Below, one piece after another: positions 8,815 to 18,897 of a stretch of 49,433 nt of DNA; within the stretch, counting starts at the first letter, position 1, and each line of letters opens with the position of its first letter. The DNA is from a virus. Lineage: Duplodnaviria > Caudoviricetes. The stretch is taken from positions 1-49,433 of IMG/VR virus record IMGVR_UViG_3300017707_001431. One strand, given 5' to 3'. The notes under the pieces were generated by a model. That model had not been told where the DNA came from. It ran no database searches and worked only from the letters and a program-made list of their open reading frames with translations. The position numbers and the translations under genes are program-made.

Positions 8815-10109
8815 CACTTCCCCTTTCCATCCGTCGTCGCGGATTTGCGGAGTTCGGATACGAAATCACCCCACACAAAACAATCACGCCACTGGCACTC
8901 ACGGACGCCGCACACAGATACGCTCAATGACTCGTAATCTTTTGGGTCGGCACGAAGCTCGTTCTCGTTTACTTGGACGATCTCCCAATCATCCATTGGG
9001 CAAAGATCACTTGCTTCATGCGTTCCCTTGGCGGGAATTTTCCATTTCGCCCAATAGTATCCGGGCTTCATCGGTACTTTATCTGCCGCCTGAAACCGCA
9101 TCGGCTCGATTGTCGCGACGGGAGGGCGAGATGTAAATTTGTGGCAAAGCGGATGATGCCCGTTGTCATCCATGTCCATTGGATGCCCGCCGACACTGGC
9201 ACACTTGCAATCCGACGCCGACGCGACCGTGGGCGATAGCGTCTCGGGCTGGCCGGGGGCGTGTCGTAAAATAATATCGGCATACGTTTTTGGCCCGCTA
9301 CGAATACTGTCCGCACATTCTTTTGCTGCTCGATCAACCCACCCGTCGCCGCTCTGTGCTGGCGTTGCTGCTGGCTCGGCGGACGATTCAATTGACTCGT
9401 CAGACGGCTTGTATCGGACTGGATTAAATTTTGGACAAAAGCATCCGATTAACTGGCACTTTCCCATCCACTGATTTCCCGCAGGCCCGACCCTGTGCGC
9501 TCGATGCTCGTGTCTGCAAGTTTGACAGATGGTGTCACCTTCTGATTCCCGCTCTTTCAGCATTTGCTCGGTGTTCTTTTTGCAGCAAGTCGGACAGCAG
9601 TTTGGAGCGCCACATTGAAGGCAGTCGTGTACTACCTCTGTTCCGCCGCAATGCTCGCATGCGGACGACGCGACCGGGGCAGGCGTCGCCATTCTCGCAT
9701 CACAGCATTTTTCGCAAAGTGTACCGTCGCAATCCTTGCATGGTGGGGGCGGGTCGCCTTTGAATTGTTTCCGTTGTCCGCACTTTGCACAGAAGTGAGA
9801 TGACTCGGCGGGCGGGGCGATGTAGGCACTAAGTTTCTCCCGCGCCTCATCACCCAACGCGCGAATCTGCTGCATCTCATCATCCGACAGTTGCTTGCCG
9901 CCAAGTCTGCCGGAACGCTCGGCATGAAACGCAGTGGCGAGTATGTTGGCAATCTGTTTCAGCCGCTCGATCTCGGCGGCGTTCGCAGCGTTGGCGAGGC
10001 GGACTCCGGCGTTGAAGATGCGCAACACCTCGTCTTTATTGGCGGCAGTGAGGCCGTATTCATGTTGGACTTCTGCTGGCAACTCATCGAATGTTTTAGC
10101 CTGGTTCAT
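8814..10109 (-). CDS. Mosaic multi-zinc-finger hypothetical protein
   Basis: Start MNQAKTF (AAGGAG, TGATG); many CxxC pairs. Confidence 0.7.
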   Translation of the reverse strand: MNQAKTFDELPAEVQHEYGLTAANKDEVLRIFNAGVRLANAANAAEIERLKQIANILATAFHAERSGRLGGKQLSDDEMQQIRALGDEAREKLSAYIAPPAESSHFCAKCGQRKQFKGDPPPPCKDCDGTLCEKCCDARMATPAPVASSACEHCGGTEVVHDCLQCGAPNCCPTCCKKNTEQMLKERESEGDTICQTCRHEHRAHRVGPAGNQWMGKCQLIGCFCPKFNPVRYKPSDESIESSAEPAATPAQSGDGWVDRAAKECADSIRSGPKTYADIILRHAPGQPETLSPTVASASDCKCASVGGHPMDMDDNGHHPLCHKFTSRPPVATIEPMRFQAADKVPMKPGYYWAKWKIPAKGTHEASDLCPMDDWEIVQVNENELRADPKDYESLSVSVCGVRECQWRDCFVWGDFVSELRKSATTDGKGK

Positions 10110-11008
10110 CACTTGCTCCTTTGTGGCATCTGCCTGATGCGTAACGACTCCGGGAAATCGTCCAACTCGCCAGACACCTTGCCGTTGATCACGAGTTGTT
10201 TCATAAAGAACGCAACACTGGCGGCGCGGCACTGATCGGCGATGGACTGCGCCCACTCGGTTTTCATCTCGCGAGCGTGACCACCTGATTCGCAGCCGAC
10301 AATCACCCAATGGAGTTCAGCGTCACCGCCACCGATTTGCCACGGCATTAGATTGATGGCTGATTGGATGTTGACCGGCCCCAGCATCGGTTCAACAGAC
10401 AAGAACCGCACGGCGGCGGGGACTTTCAACAGGTGGGGGATTCTCTCGTCTGCCGCTTCCTGGTTCTCCACCGACGTTCCCACCCAACATCGGGACAAAA
10501 CCGCCGCGTCGAAATACTTCGTCATGTTCTGCGGTCGCTTCGTGAGCAAAAGGAAATCCAGCGATTCGGATTCCATGATGAGTTTTGAAAGCCGCACTCG
10601 CGCCATCTGCACATCGAGCCAGCTTCCATCGGGCATCGTCTCCGGCCCCTCGCCAACGTCGGCCAGGGATGCACAGAACACACGCGCGCGATATGGCGCG
10701 CCGAACGATCCGGTGCCTTGGCAATCCGCGCATCCGACAAGGTCGCCATCATGTTTGAACTCGCCGCGCCCGCCGCAGTGGTAACAGACACCACGCGCAG
10801 CCCATTCATTCCATTTGGCGGGATCTCGCCATGCTGAATCGGATGCGATAACGCGCGTGCCGTTCCTTCCCCAGATACCGAGTGTCTTTGGGTTGCGCTT
10901 GCTCAACGTGTCGGCGTAACAGAACTTGCAGCCGTCGCTGACCTTAGTACAGCCGCGCCATGGATTCCAAGTGTGATCCGTCCATTGAATTTTTGAAGCT
11001 GTCGCCAT
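10109..11008 (-). CDS. DUF5131 / phage Gp37-Gp68 family protein with inserted DnaJ-like zinc finger
   Basis: IQWTDHTWNPWRGCTKVSDGCKFCYA, LLLTKRP, FLSVEPMLG, WVIVGCESG, FFMKQ; CxxCxGxG twice. Confidence 0.92.
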   Translation of the reverse strand: MATASKIQWTDHTWNPWRGCTKVSDGCKFCYADTLSKRNPKTLGIWGRNGTRVIASDSAWRDPAKWNEWAARGVCYHCGGRGEFKHDGDLVGCADCQGTGSFGAPYRARVFCASLADVGEGPETMPDGSWLDVQMARVRLSKLIMESESLDFLLLTKRPQNMTKYFDAAVLSRCWVGTSVENQEAADERIPHLLKVPAAVRFLSVEPMLGPVNIQSAINLMPWQIGGGDAELHWVIVGCESGGHAREMKTEWAQSIADQCRAASVAFFMKQLVINGKVSGELDDFPESLRIRQMPQRSK

Positions 11009-11169
11009 CACTCACATCCTTCCAAGTTCATCTCCCCCAGGAACACTTCCGCCCGCTCCCGATTCGCCACAAAGCCAACCTGCCGCCGTTCCACCGTGTC
11101 ATAGATCGCCCAGCCGCCATCGTAGGGATAGGCGTCGCTGTGCTGCTGGGGACGGAGTTCGTAACGCAT
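11008..11169 (-). CDS. Small hypothetical protein (53 aa), not in ORF track
   Basis: MRYELRPQQH...LEGCE; GAAAGGA SD; TGATG coupling. Confidence 0.65.
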   Translation of the reverse strand: MRYELRPQQHSDAYPYDGGWAIYDTVERRQVGFVANRERAEVFLGEMNLEGCE

Positions 11170-11229
11170 TGTGATTCCTTTCGCGTAAGCTCACACCTGC
11201 GCTTTCACGCGGGCGGGAGTGAAGGTCAG

Positions 11230-11616
11230 TCACCACCAACTTGAGTAATAAACCACCTTGCCGTTTCTCAGTGCTTCGCGCGATTTACGGATGAATTCCC
11301 GATCCTTCAGCTTGTCGCTTTCGCAGGATTCACCGAAGAAAAACCCGACCGTGTTTGGAAGGGTGTCCGTCTCAACATCGCGTTCAAGTCGGTCGAGGTC
11401 TTCGGCTTCGATGCGCACGGGAACACAATTGAACGATTCCGCCGATCCGCCTTTTTCCCGGTAAAGATTCTCCATCCAACCTTGAAGGTTTGGGTGCTTG
11501 CGCCAGTATTGGATTTCCTCTTTTGTGGCGTGAGTGAGTTTGTCGTTGAAGTCCACCTGTTCGCAGGCTTCCAGAATTCCACCGTCGATTGAATTGGCGT
11601 TTTGATCGAGTCCCAT
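11230..11616 (-). CDS. Conserved phage hypothetical protein
   Basis: MGLDQ...YWRKHPNLQGWME...GFFFG...YYSSWW family pattern. Confidence 0.8.
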   Translation of the reverse strand: MGLDQNANSIDGGILEACEQVDFNDKLTHATKEEIQYWRKHPNLQGWMENLYREKGGSAESFNCVPVRIEAEDLDRLERDVETDTLPNTVGFFFGESCESDKLKDREFIRKSREALRNGKVVYYSSWW

Positions 11617-11666
11617 TGCGTGTTCCTTTCGTGCAAAAGTGTTTCGCTGAGTCGCATTCAGCGTGG

Positions 11667-12059
11667 TTATGAAAGTCCGTCGTGATCGTTGCAGGCAAAG
11701 CCCTCTGGAAGCTCGCCGTCCTCTTCATCGTCGTCGTGAAGTTCCGCCAGTTCCTTGATCGCCTCATCCTTCCATCGTGGCTCGGTCAGTTTCAAGAATG
11801 CTTCCCAGCGTTCATCGAACGTGAAGATCAGGTCTGTCGTGTCGCACCCGATGATCTTGAAGACGATCTGGCACAGTTCGCTTTCCGTCATCGTGCGCCG
11901 GAGAGATTCAGAGAATTCAAATTCGTAAATCTCGCGTGCCTTGGCCGGGAGATATTCAAACCGGCTCTGCATCGTCTGGCTGGCGTAACGGGTTTCATGG
12001 TTGGTTGTGACTTCGATCATTGCAATCTCCGTGAAAGTTGATGGTGTCGATTGGTTCAA
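11667..12059 (-). CDS. Hypothetical acidic protein
   Basis: ATGA coupling, co-directional. Confidence 0.65.
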   Translation of the reverse strand: MNQSTPSTFTEIAMIEVTTNHETRYASQTMQSRFEYLPAKAREIYEFEFSESLRRTMTESELCQIVFKIIGCDTTDLIFTFDERWEAFLKLTEPRWKDEAIKELAELHDDDEEDGELPEGFACNDHDGLS

Positions 12060-12262
12060 TCTTCCCGCAGGGCGTCATACTCTTCGGATTCACTCTTGAT
12101 CTGGTCGCTGAGGCGATCCGCTTCGGTATCCAGTTCCGCCGCTCGAACTTCCTCGCCACATTTGCGGGCGTACCCTGCAGCTTCCGCCGCGTTGTCGCGG
12201 GCGTCCTTTATGGATTGAATCCGTGCCCGCTTGCCGTTGGATGGGTGTGTTAAACGTGCCAT
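12056..12262 (-). CDS. Hypothetical protein
   Basis: MARLTHPSNG start with GGAG. Confidence 0.6.
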   Translation of the reverse strand: MARLTHPSNGKRARIQSIKDARDNAAEAAGYARKCGEEVRAAELDTEADRLSDQIKSESEEYDALRED

Positions 12263-12320
12263 TGTTGCTCCGTGAGTGAAGGGGAAAGCCGCCCCGTGTT
12301 TCAGGGGCGGCGGGTTCAGT

Positions 12321-12587
12321 TCAATCCTCGAATGCGTCCGCTGCGTGTTCCTCAACCTTGGAAAGAATCAGCGCCTGCAACCGGCAGTTGTCCCGAAGGA
12401 TCGCCCAGTCAGCTTCATCGCAGTTATGGGTGGGTTCTGACTGGTCGAAAGTCTTGGACTGGAAATCGAGCGTCACTTTTACGTCGATTTCAACTTCGTA
12501 TTCGCATTCGCGGCCAAGGATCGAATCGATCAACTCGATTGAAGGCCGGACGGAAACAGATTCGCCGATGGTTCCGATATTGAACAT
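12321..12587 (-). CDS. Hypothetical acidic protein, first gene after operator-promoter
   Basis: CACGAAAGG leader 6 nt before ATG. Confidence 0.65.
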   Translation of the reverse strand: MFNIGTIGESVSVRPSIELIDSILGRECEYEVEIDVKVTLDFQSKTFDQSEPTHNCDEADWAILRDNCRLQALILSKVEEHAADAFED

Positions 12588-12663
12588 GATCTACCTTTCG
12601 TGAAAGCCATCCGGTTCGGGTTCCCAAGTCGCCTCGGGGTCGCGTCCCAAACCTGATTCACAG

Positions 12664-12691
12664 ATAGTATCGGATAAGATACTAACTGCAA
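12664..12691 (-). promoter_or_regulatory. Sigma70-type promoter with palindromic operator
   Basis: ATAGTATC-GGATAA-GATACTAA; minus strand TTGCAG-16-TACTAT. Confidence 0.85.
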
Positions 12692-12711
12692 GTAGAAAAT
12701 CCGGAAATTAT

Positions 12712-13074
12712 TTATAACGCCTGCATCGCCGCCTCGATCACCACGTCCGCACGGGGATTCTTAGGGTCAGTGTCGTGGCGTTCAATGTCGATTCGCTTCA
12801 CTTGTTTATCATCGTGAAAAGCAATTCCTTTTAAGGCGTCCAACAGAACCTTGATCGAGTTATCGACGTCGCCCCTCTTTGCAGGTCGATACACGTTTAT
12901 TCCAACGATAACCTCTCCGGTCATTGGCCGTCGCCGAAACATTGCGGCGACTGTTCTTTGATACGCCCTCGCTGCTGCCGACTTAACAGCACGGCCGTTC
13001 ACCACTCTCCAATAGCGATTCGCGCTGGGTGGATACGGCATGGTGAATGAAAGATGTTCATGTGTTTCGTTCAT
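12712..13074 (-). CDS. rusA: RusA-family Holliday junction resolvase
   Basis: PYPPSANRYWR; GDVDNSIKVLLDALKGIAFHDDKQV. Confidence 0.92.
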   Translation of the reverse strand: MNETHEHLSFTMPYPPSANRYWRVVNGRAVKSAAARAYQRTVAAMFRRRPMTGEVIVGINVYRPAKRGDVDNSIKVLLDALKGIAFHDDKQVKRIDIERHDTDPKNPRADVVIEAAMQAL

Positions 13075-13675
13075 TGATTGATCCTTTAGTGAATCGCCCG
13101 GAGTGATCGCGGTCGCACGCGATATACCTGTTATCCCCTTGAGACAACGCGCCGTTCTGTTTTGGTCTTTTCTTCCCAGAGATGATGAGGGATATGTGCG
13201 GACGAGAAACCCCGTATCTCTCAGCTAGATCAACCTGCCGGAACCCTCCGCTCGCGTACGCATTTCTGATTTCTGCAATCTGTTTATTGGTGAGACGCCA
13301 CGATGGGTGTCTTTCACCGAACTGATCGGACAGGCCGACTCTGAATGCGTGCTTCCGATTCTCTGACGGAGTGACGAGTTCTAGATTTTCAGGACGATTG
13401 TCGTCTTTGATTCCGTTCTTGTGGTTGACTTGAAGACCGGAAGGAATCGGCCCTTTTAGGAATCTCCAAACTAGGCGATGCGCGGCCGTGATGCATCTCT
13501 TGCCAAGATGTATTACTTGCACCTGCAAATAAGTTCCGGTGTGTCGTTCTGCCCGTTTGTTTCCGCGCCAAATGCGCCCACGATCATCAACCTTGAATTT
13601 TCCAGTCCGATAAACCGCATCTTCCTGAAATTGTTTGACTGTGCGCTTGCCGGGAAATAGGTTCTGTTTAGCCAC
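13058..13675 (-). CDS. HNH endonuclease with C-terminal HTH (start may extend to 13807)
   Basis: AHRLVW...QVNHKNGIKDDNRPENLELVTPSEN; GTG 13675 preceded by AAGGAGG. Confidence 0.88.
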   Translation of the reverse strand: MAKQNLFPGKRTVKQFQEDAVYRTGKFKVDDRGRIWRGNKRAERHTGTYLQVQVIHLGKRCITAAHRLVWRFLKGPIPSGLQVNHKNGIKDDNRPENLELVTPSENRKHAFRVGLSDQFGERHPSWRLTNKQIAEIRNAYASGGFRQVDLAERYGVSRPHISLIISGKKRPKQNGALSQGDNRYIACDRDHSGRFTKGSINERNT

Positions 13676-13803
13676 GACGCTTACCTCCTTATAGGTAGCT
13701 GATTGGTTAGGGCCGGGCCGGTGCGTCAACACTGGTTCGGCCTGCTTATTGTACCTAGTTCCAGCCCGTTTGTGTCTTGAAAAATCTTCAACTTCCCGCA
13801 ATG

Positions 13804-14175
13804 TCATGGTGTCACCTGTGGGAAAACCATCCTGTGGACATTGTGCCTCTTGCACACCGATTCAACCGTCACCAGAACACTGTTGGCGAACACGAACCGC
13901 AGAACTGTGTTTGCGAAAAAGATCGTGCCACCTTCGTATCGCCGTCGATCATTGATCTCTTTCCCATGCTCGACGCGTTTCGCAGTTTCAAGTTGTGACT
14001 GCATGAGTGCCAGGAGTTCAGACTTCGGCATCGTGAGAAGTTTCAGGCGCAACGGATTCACCGGGCCAAGGTGTTTTGAGTAGCGCTCTACGAAGCGAAT
14101 GATCGCGTGGCCTGAGACGGTGCAAACCACGTCGCGGCCTTTCTTGCTTCGATAGGTGATTCGGTTTTCAGCCAT
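13804..14175 (-). CDS. Hypothetical protein
   Basis: VSGHAIIRFVER motif, coupled ORF. Confidence 0.65.
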   Translation of the reverse strand: MAENRITYRSKKGRDVVCTVSGHAIIRFVERYSKHLGPVNPLRLKLLTMPKSELLALMQSQLETAKRVEHGKEINDRRRYEGGTIFFANTVLRFVFANSVLVTVESVCKRHNVHRMVFPQVTP

Positions 14176-14395
14176 TGATCACCGTCGCTTTGCGCGGGCG
14201 TCCGCCTTTGCCCTTGCCCGGCCCGCGTCCTCTGTTGGCCTCTTGTTTGTCGAACACTTTTGACATCATCGCTTCGAGTGCTTTCAGCTTCGGTGCTGGG
14301 TATCCGTTGTCGCGGAGAAACGGAACCGCTTCCGTCTGAACTTCGATGATCACTTCAAGCCGTGGATCTATGACGATTGGCGCGGTGTCGTTCAT
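14168..14395 (-). CDS. Hypothetical protein with AT-hook-like GGRPRK tail
   Basis: MNDTAP start, GGAGG, ATGA overlap. Confidence 0.6.
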   Translation of the reverse strand: MNDTAPIVIDPRLEVIIEVQTEAVPFLRDNGYPAPKLKALEAMMSKVFDKQEANRGRGPGKGKGGRPRKATVING

Positions 14396-15285
14396 GCTTC
14401 CTCCGTGTAGCTCTTGCCGTTGATGATCAGAACTTCCGGCGCGGACTTGTTCGCGCCCGTGCGCCCGGCCTGCTCGATCCATGTCCACTTGTCAGCCGGG
14501 TAGAGTTCGCGAATCAGGGGATGATCGTAGAAACGCGCAACAACGCGCGTCAGGTGGAACTGCGCCAGCCGCCTTGCAAGATCGCGTTGCAGGGACACAT
14601 TCATCGGGTGTTTGTACTTATCGCCGGGGCCAGGGAAGGGCGGATCAACGAAGATCCCATGCCCGGTGTCCTCTTTGCACTTGGCGAGAAAATCGAAGGC
14701 GTCTGACCGGACGAACGTGCATCGGCGCATCCAGTGACGCCATGCAATGATTGATTTCACGGCGCTTTGAAATCGAACGGCTGAATCACCGCCAGCAGCG
14801 TCCCAACGGTGGGAGAATCCGGCGTTGAATTCCTTGTCGGTTCCGGCGCATTCGGCGCGGGACATCCAGCAGCAGACGAAGTAATCAATCGCCCACTGAA
14901 GATCGGTTTCGATCTCTGCATCAAGATGACTCGCGTGAACATCAAACATCGACTGAATCGAGTTGACGTTGTGTTCCAATGTTTTACATCGTGCCTGCGC
15001 GGCATCGAGTTCATCGACGTGAAAAGTCTTGCGGCGCAACGTGCGATAGAATTCCAATCCCAAACGGCAATCACTGAGAACGCGGGCGAGATTGATCAGG
15101 TGCCGGTGAAGATCGTTGCAGACAATCGTACGCGCTTCGATGCGCAACACTTCGCAGGCGCTTCCCATGAACGGGATTCCCACCCAGCCGCAACCCTTCA
15201 ACTCTGCGCCGACACGCGCGGCGAGCATCCTGTTTGAGCCGTACCACGGGACAATTGATTTCACGATCGGAAGTTCAGTTTGCAT
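14392..15285 (-). CDS. DNA adenine methyltransferase, D12/Dam-like class
   Basis: VPWYGSN, IPFMGSA, VCNDL, FVDPPF. Confidence 0.85.
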   Translation of the reverse strand: MQTELPIVKSIVPWYGSNRMLAARVGAELKGCGWVGIPFMGSACEVLRIEARTIVCNDLHRHLINLARVLSDCRLGLEFYRTLRRKTFHVDELDAAQARCKTLEHNVNSIQSMFDVHASHLDAEIETDLQWAIDYFVCCWMSRAECAGTDKEFNAGFSHRWDAAGGDSAVRFQSAVKSIIAWRHWMRRCTFVRSDAFDFLAKCKEDTGHGIFVDPPFPGPGDKYKHPMNVSLQRDLARRLAQFHLTRVVARFYDHPLIRELYPADKWTWIEQAGRTGANKSAPEVLIINGKSYTEEA

Positions 15286-16045
15286 TGTTCCCCCTCAAAC
15301 AGTCGATGAAGAATTGATCTCGCTCCGGCTGCACATCGAACACCGCCACTGCATCCCCATACCGCGTGACAAGGCTGGCATATTTTCGCAGCACATCTTG
15401 CGGGATTGTTCCGGGGCGCGGTTCGCTGTCGAAAGCGTTGTGGAATCTCCCCCAGACCGAAGTGACCGGACGGCACCGCGGATACAGGTCGATGATTTCC
15501 TGACGGCATTCGCGAATCCAATCGAAGTCGCGTTCGATCACCGATTCGCCCAGCAGGTATCCGGGGATGTCCACGAAATCGATCAGGTCGTAAAACTCAT
15601 CGAACGAATTCAGCACGGCGCGAATGTTCTTGCTGTCGTGATGGATTCGTTGGCCGTACTGGATGAACCAATCGCGGTTGCCCATCCAGGGGAACGGCCC
15701 GCCGTAACTGGCGATCTTGATCGCGGGGCAGACTTCGCGGACGGCCTTGGCGCATTCGATTGCTGTTGCGAGATTCACGCCGCCCGTGGCTTCGGACTTC
15801 CACGGGATCACTTCGAGGTCGAGATAGATCAGATCGCCGGTCAACTTCGCATCTTCGGCCATGGCGATGTGAACACTTGCCCACACACTCACGGGCGTGT
15901 CGGGTTTGTATCCGCCGCCGCGCTTCCATGATTGCAGGCCCAGCCGGTCGAAGGTTTCGGACGTACGACGGCCACCAAACCAGTTGGTGGGATGCAAGTT
16001 GAGTTGCGCGGGATAATCGAACGTGTAGAGGATTGAGGTTTTCAT
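15275..16045 (-). CDS. Hyaluronidase (GH56)-like TIM-barrel protein
   Basis: LIYLDLE (DxE), AVREVCPAIKIASYG..FP, DFVDIPGYL. Confidence 0.5.
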   Translation of the reverse strand: MKTSILYTFDYPAQLNLHPTNWFGGRRTSETFDRLGLQSWKRGGGYKPDTPVSVWASVHIAMAEDAKLTGDLIYLDLEVIPWKSEATGGVNLATAIECAKAVREVCPAIKIASYGGPFPWMGNRDWFIQYGQRIHHDSKNIRAVLNSFDEFYDLIDFVDIPGYLLGESVIERDFDWIRECRQEIIDLYPRCRPVTSVWGRFHNAFDSEPRPGTIPQDVLRKYASLVTRYGDAVAVFDVQPERDQFFIDCLRGNNAN

Positions 16046-16047
16046 GG

Positions 16048-16947
16048 TTACTTCTCTCCCGCGATGAGTTCCGCCGCCTTGAATAGCAGTTGATCCTCGC
16101 CTTGCTTTCGTTCGGTCAAAGCCCGCTCCATGTTCACCATCGCGGCCCGGTGATATTCCGGTTTCAACTCGCAACCATAGAACCGGCGACCGAGTTTCAA
16201 CGCCATGTATCCTTCACTGCCGATGCCGGTGAATGGGGAAAAGACAATCTCGCCGGGGTCGCTGTACAGTTTCACACACCGCTCGATCACCGGAAGCTGC
16301 AATGGGCAGATGTGTTTCGTGTCGTTCTCGGCGCGGCCTTCGGACACATTCAGCGTGTCGGTTTCGCGGATGTCCATCCAGCAACATTCGGCCCATTGAA
16401 TCCAATCGTTCCGGCTGACTTCGCCCTTGCCCTGAATCCGCTTGGCGTTCTCGCCCGGCGCACGGAACTTGATGAGGTAATCGCCAAGCGTGCCGCGTTG
16501 CTTCGCGCGATCGGATTCAAGCCCGGCGAATTGAAGCTCACGGGACTTCGTGCGGATTGCCTGTGCCTGTGGATTCTTCCTGATGAGCCAGTCATATTCA
16601 TAGACCATCCCGGCGCGTTCTCCGATACGAATATTCAATCCGCGGAAGTCAAACAGCCCAACTTCGCCTGTGCGCTTCATGCGGGGGATTTGCATGACGT
16701 GAACTACGACGGCCCGGCCTGGCTTAATCACGCGGGCAAGCTGCCGGTAGAAGAATGACAGGTGCAGCTTGGCTTCATGCTTTAAGTTCTCGCTGTTGCC
16801 GATGTCGCCTGCCTCGCTCGTGTAAGCGTATAGCGCAGGGAACGGAGGCGAGAACACGGAAAAATCTACACACTCGGCGGGCATTGTTGGCATGTGCGTG
16901 ATGCAGTCGCCAATGTGGATTTTGTGTTGTTCATTTGAAAGCAGCAT
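16048..16947 (-). CDS. DNA methyltransferase, N4/N6 beta class
   Basis: VFSPPF catalytic motif, KHICPLQL, VFSPFTGIGS SAM motif. Confidence 0.92.
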   Translation of the reverse strand: MLLSNEQHKIHIGDCITHMPTMPAECVDFSVFSPPFPALYAYTSEAGDIGNSENLKHEAKLHLSFFYRQLARVIKPGRAVVVHVMQIPRMKRTGEVGLFDFRGLNIRIGERAGMVYEYDWLIRKNPQAQAIRTKSRELQFAGLESDRAKQRGTLGDYLIKFRAPGENAKRIQGKGEVSRNDWIQWAECCWMDIRETDTLNVSEGRAENDTKHICPLQLPVIERCVKLYSDPGEIVFSPFTGIGSEGYMALKLGRRFYGCELKPEYHRAAMVNMERALTERKQGEDQLLFKAAELIAGEK

Positions 16948-18412
16948 CTTTGAAGATCCTTTCCTGTCGTTCGGTGTCCTGTTGAACCATCTTTGATTTG
17001 CGCAGAACCGTTTCGATCATTGGCCGCTCGATCTGTGTTACCGGAATGTGAACATTCAACGGCAACTTTGAGCCGACGCGGTTTGATCGTTTGACGGCCT
17101 GATAGAATTCTTCGTAGGAGTCTTGAAGCCCGCTGAATACTTGCCGGGTTGCGATTTGCAGGTTCAATCCAAACCCGAGCATCCGAGGTTTTGAAATCAG
17201 AACCTTGCGCCGTCCCGATTTGAAATCGTCAATCAGGCGATCGCGTTCATCCAGTGGCGTGTCGCCGCTGATGTTCGCGGCGTCGGGGAAGGTCGCCTTC
17301 ATCGTCTCTTGTTCGTTGTTGTAGTGACACCAGATGATGGTTGATTCGTCGCCGAAAGATTCGACCAGGGCTTTGATGAATGCGGGTTTCAACGTTTCAA
17401 CGTCGTCACCTTTGAAGCTGCCCTTCGCGATCTGTGCGAGTGTTGACCGCTTCGTGATTCCGCCCGCCTCGCTTACAAACAGCTGACCGGTCTGCTCAAA
17501 AACCATGTGCTGTTGTTGCTGAGTCAAATCCACTTCGTGAATGTGAACGTGAATCGGTGGGATGGACGCGCAGTTATCTTTCCATCCATAGGTTGCCGGG
17601 TTGGTGAGGAAGATGCACCAGTGCGACAATGCACGATAGAACGGTTCAAGTGCGTGCGGCTTCAACTCCCACCGGTTATCTGTCTGCCCACGGTTCACAA
17701 AGAATCGGGCAAGGAATGAATTGACGGTTGGATAATGATCGAGAAATACCGCGTGATTCGCGTATTCTATCCGGTCATTCGGCGCAGGCGTTCCGGTTGC
17801 GCACAGCTTCCAGTGCAAGCCCTTCCCGAGCCGGATGCAATCACCGGCCCACTTGCCGTAATGACTTTTCAGCATGGATGATTCATCCAGGATCAACGCG
17901 CCCAGCCTGCCTTGTGGCGTGTCCTCTTTCAGTGCGTCGTAGTTCACGATCCCGATGCGGCCCTTCTCATTCGTGAGCCAGTCCGAAAGTGATTGCGAGT
18001 TGAGAACGTCAATCGGCATTTCGTCGCCGTAGAACTTCCGAATCTCTGCAACGGTTTGGCGCACCACCATCAATGGGGAGACGATCAGCACGCATTGATT
18101 CTCTGGCAGCGCCTTCAAGCAATGCTTGGCGAACTCCGCGAGGATCAGCGTTTTTCCGAGTCCGCAATCTGCGAAGACGGCGAACTTCTGTTTCTCAATC
18201 GCCATGCGAGCGATGCCCGCCTGATAATCGAAGGCACACTTGATCGGCGTGTACTTTGCCGTTCGTCCCTTGGCTTGCTTGATGCCAAGTGTCGCGGCGT
18301 ATTCGTCGGGGAACTCAACGGTGCGACCGATGACGGAGTATTTCGGAAGCTGCTTAACCTTGATAAAAGTCGCGTAATCTTCGATGGAATTACTGGATAG
18401 GGTGATCCGCAT
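16931..18412 (-). CDS. SNF2-like (SF2) helicase/ATPase
   Basis: ADCGLGKT, ILDESS, TGTPAPND, GFGLNLQ, QAVKRSNRVG. Confidence 0.92.
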   Translation of the reverse strand: MRITLSSNSIEDYATFIKVKQLPKYSVIGRTVEFPDEYAATLGIKQAKGRTAKYTPIKCAFDYQAGIARMAIEKQKFAVFADCGLGKTLILAEFAKHCLKALPENQCVLIVSPLMVVRQTVAEIRKFYGDEMPIDVLNSQSLSDWLTNEKGRIGIVNYDALKEDTPQGRLGALILDESSMLKSHYGKWAGDCIRLGKGLHWKLCATGTPAPNDRIEYANHAVFLDHYPTVNSFLARFFVNRGQTDNRWELKPHALEPFYRALSHWCIFLTNPATYGWKDNCASIPPIHVHIHEVDLTQQQQHMVFEQTGQLFVSEAGGITKRSTLAQIAKGSFKGDDVETLKPAFIKALVESFGDESTIIWCHYNNEQETMKATFPDAANISGDTPLDERDRLIDDFKSGRRKVLISKPRMLGFGLNLQIATRQVFSGLQDSYEEFYQAVKRSNRVGSKLPLNVHIPVTQIERPMIETVLRKSKMVQQDTERQERIFKDAAFK

Positions 18413-18490
18413 TGGAACCTTTCGTGAATACGCCTGATATGGGGTTTCTGACCTACGGTTCAGAGTCGCGTCCCATGTCAGACAAAACTG

Positions 18491-18518
18491 ATAGTATCGA
18501 ACTAGATACTATTTGCAA
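18491..18518 (-). promoter_or_regulatory. Sigma70-type promoter with perfect palindromic operator
   Basis: ATAGTATC-GAACTA-GATACTAT; minus strand TTGCAA-16-TACTAT. Confidence 0.88.
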
Positions 18519-18522
18519 GCAA

Positions 18523-18897
18523 CTATTTCATCCCCTTCGCAAATGCTTCCCTGCCCGCCGCCGTGATTCGGCACAACTTCGCATCACTCCCCGTGCGTGT
18601 CTTTCCCTTGCCGATCACTTCGATCAGGCCACGCGCCACGAGCTCACCCATGCGCCCGGATGAAGATTGCACGAGAACGCCCGCGCCAACCATCGCATCG
18701 TGAACACTCGGCCCGTGATCCATGAGCCACGCGAGAATCAGCATGTATTCGTTTCCAAGTTTTCCGTGCTTGCGCTGCCATGCGGATTTGGATTCGTCGG
18801 CAATGGGAGCGTGGCCGCGCCGGGCGGGTTGCTGGATTTCGTGTTGCTCGAACAGTGGGGCGGTGGAGCCGAAGGGGGTTTGCATTGGGTCGGTCAT
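18523..18897 (-). CDS. Winged-HTH DNA-binding protein
   Basis: SSGRMGELVARGLIEVIGKGKTRTG wing motif; ATGA overlap. Confidence 0.7.
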   Translation of the reverse strand: MTDPMQTPFGSTAPLFEQHEIQQPARRGHAPIADESKSAWQRKHGKLGNEYMLILAWLMDHGPSVHDAMVGAGVLVQSSSGRMGELVARGLIEVIGKGKTRTGSDAKLCRITAAGREAFAKGMK

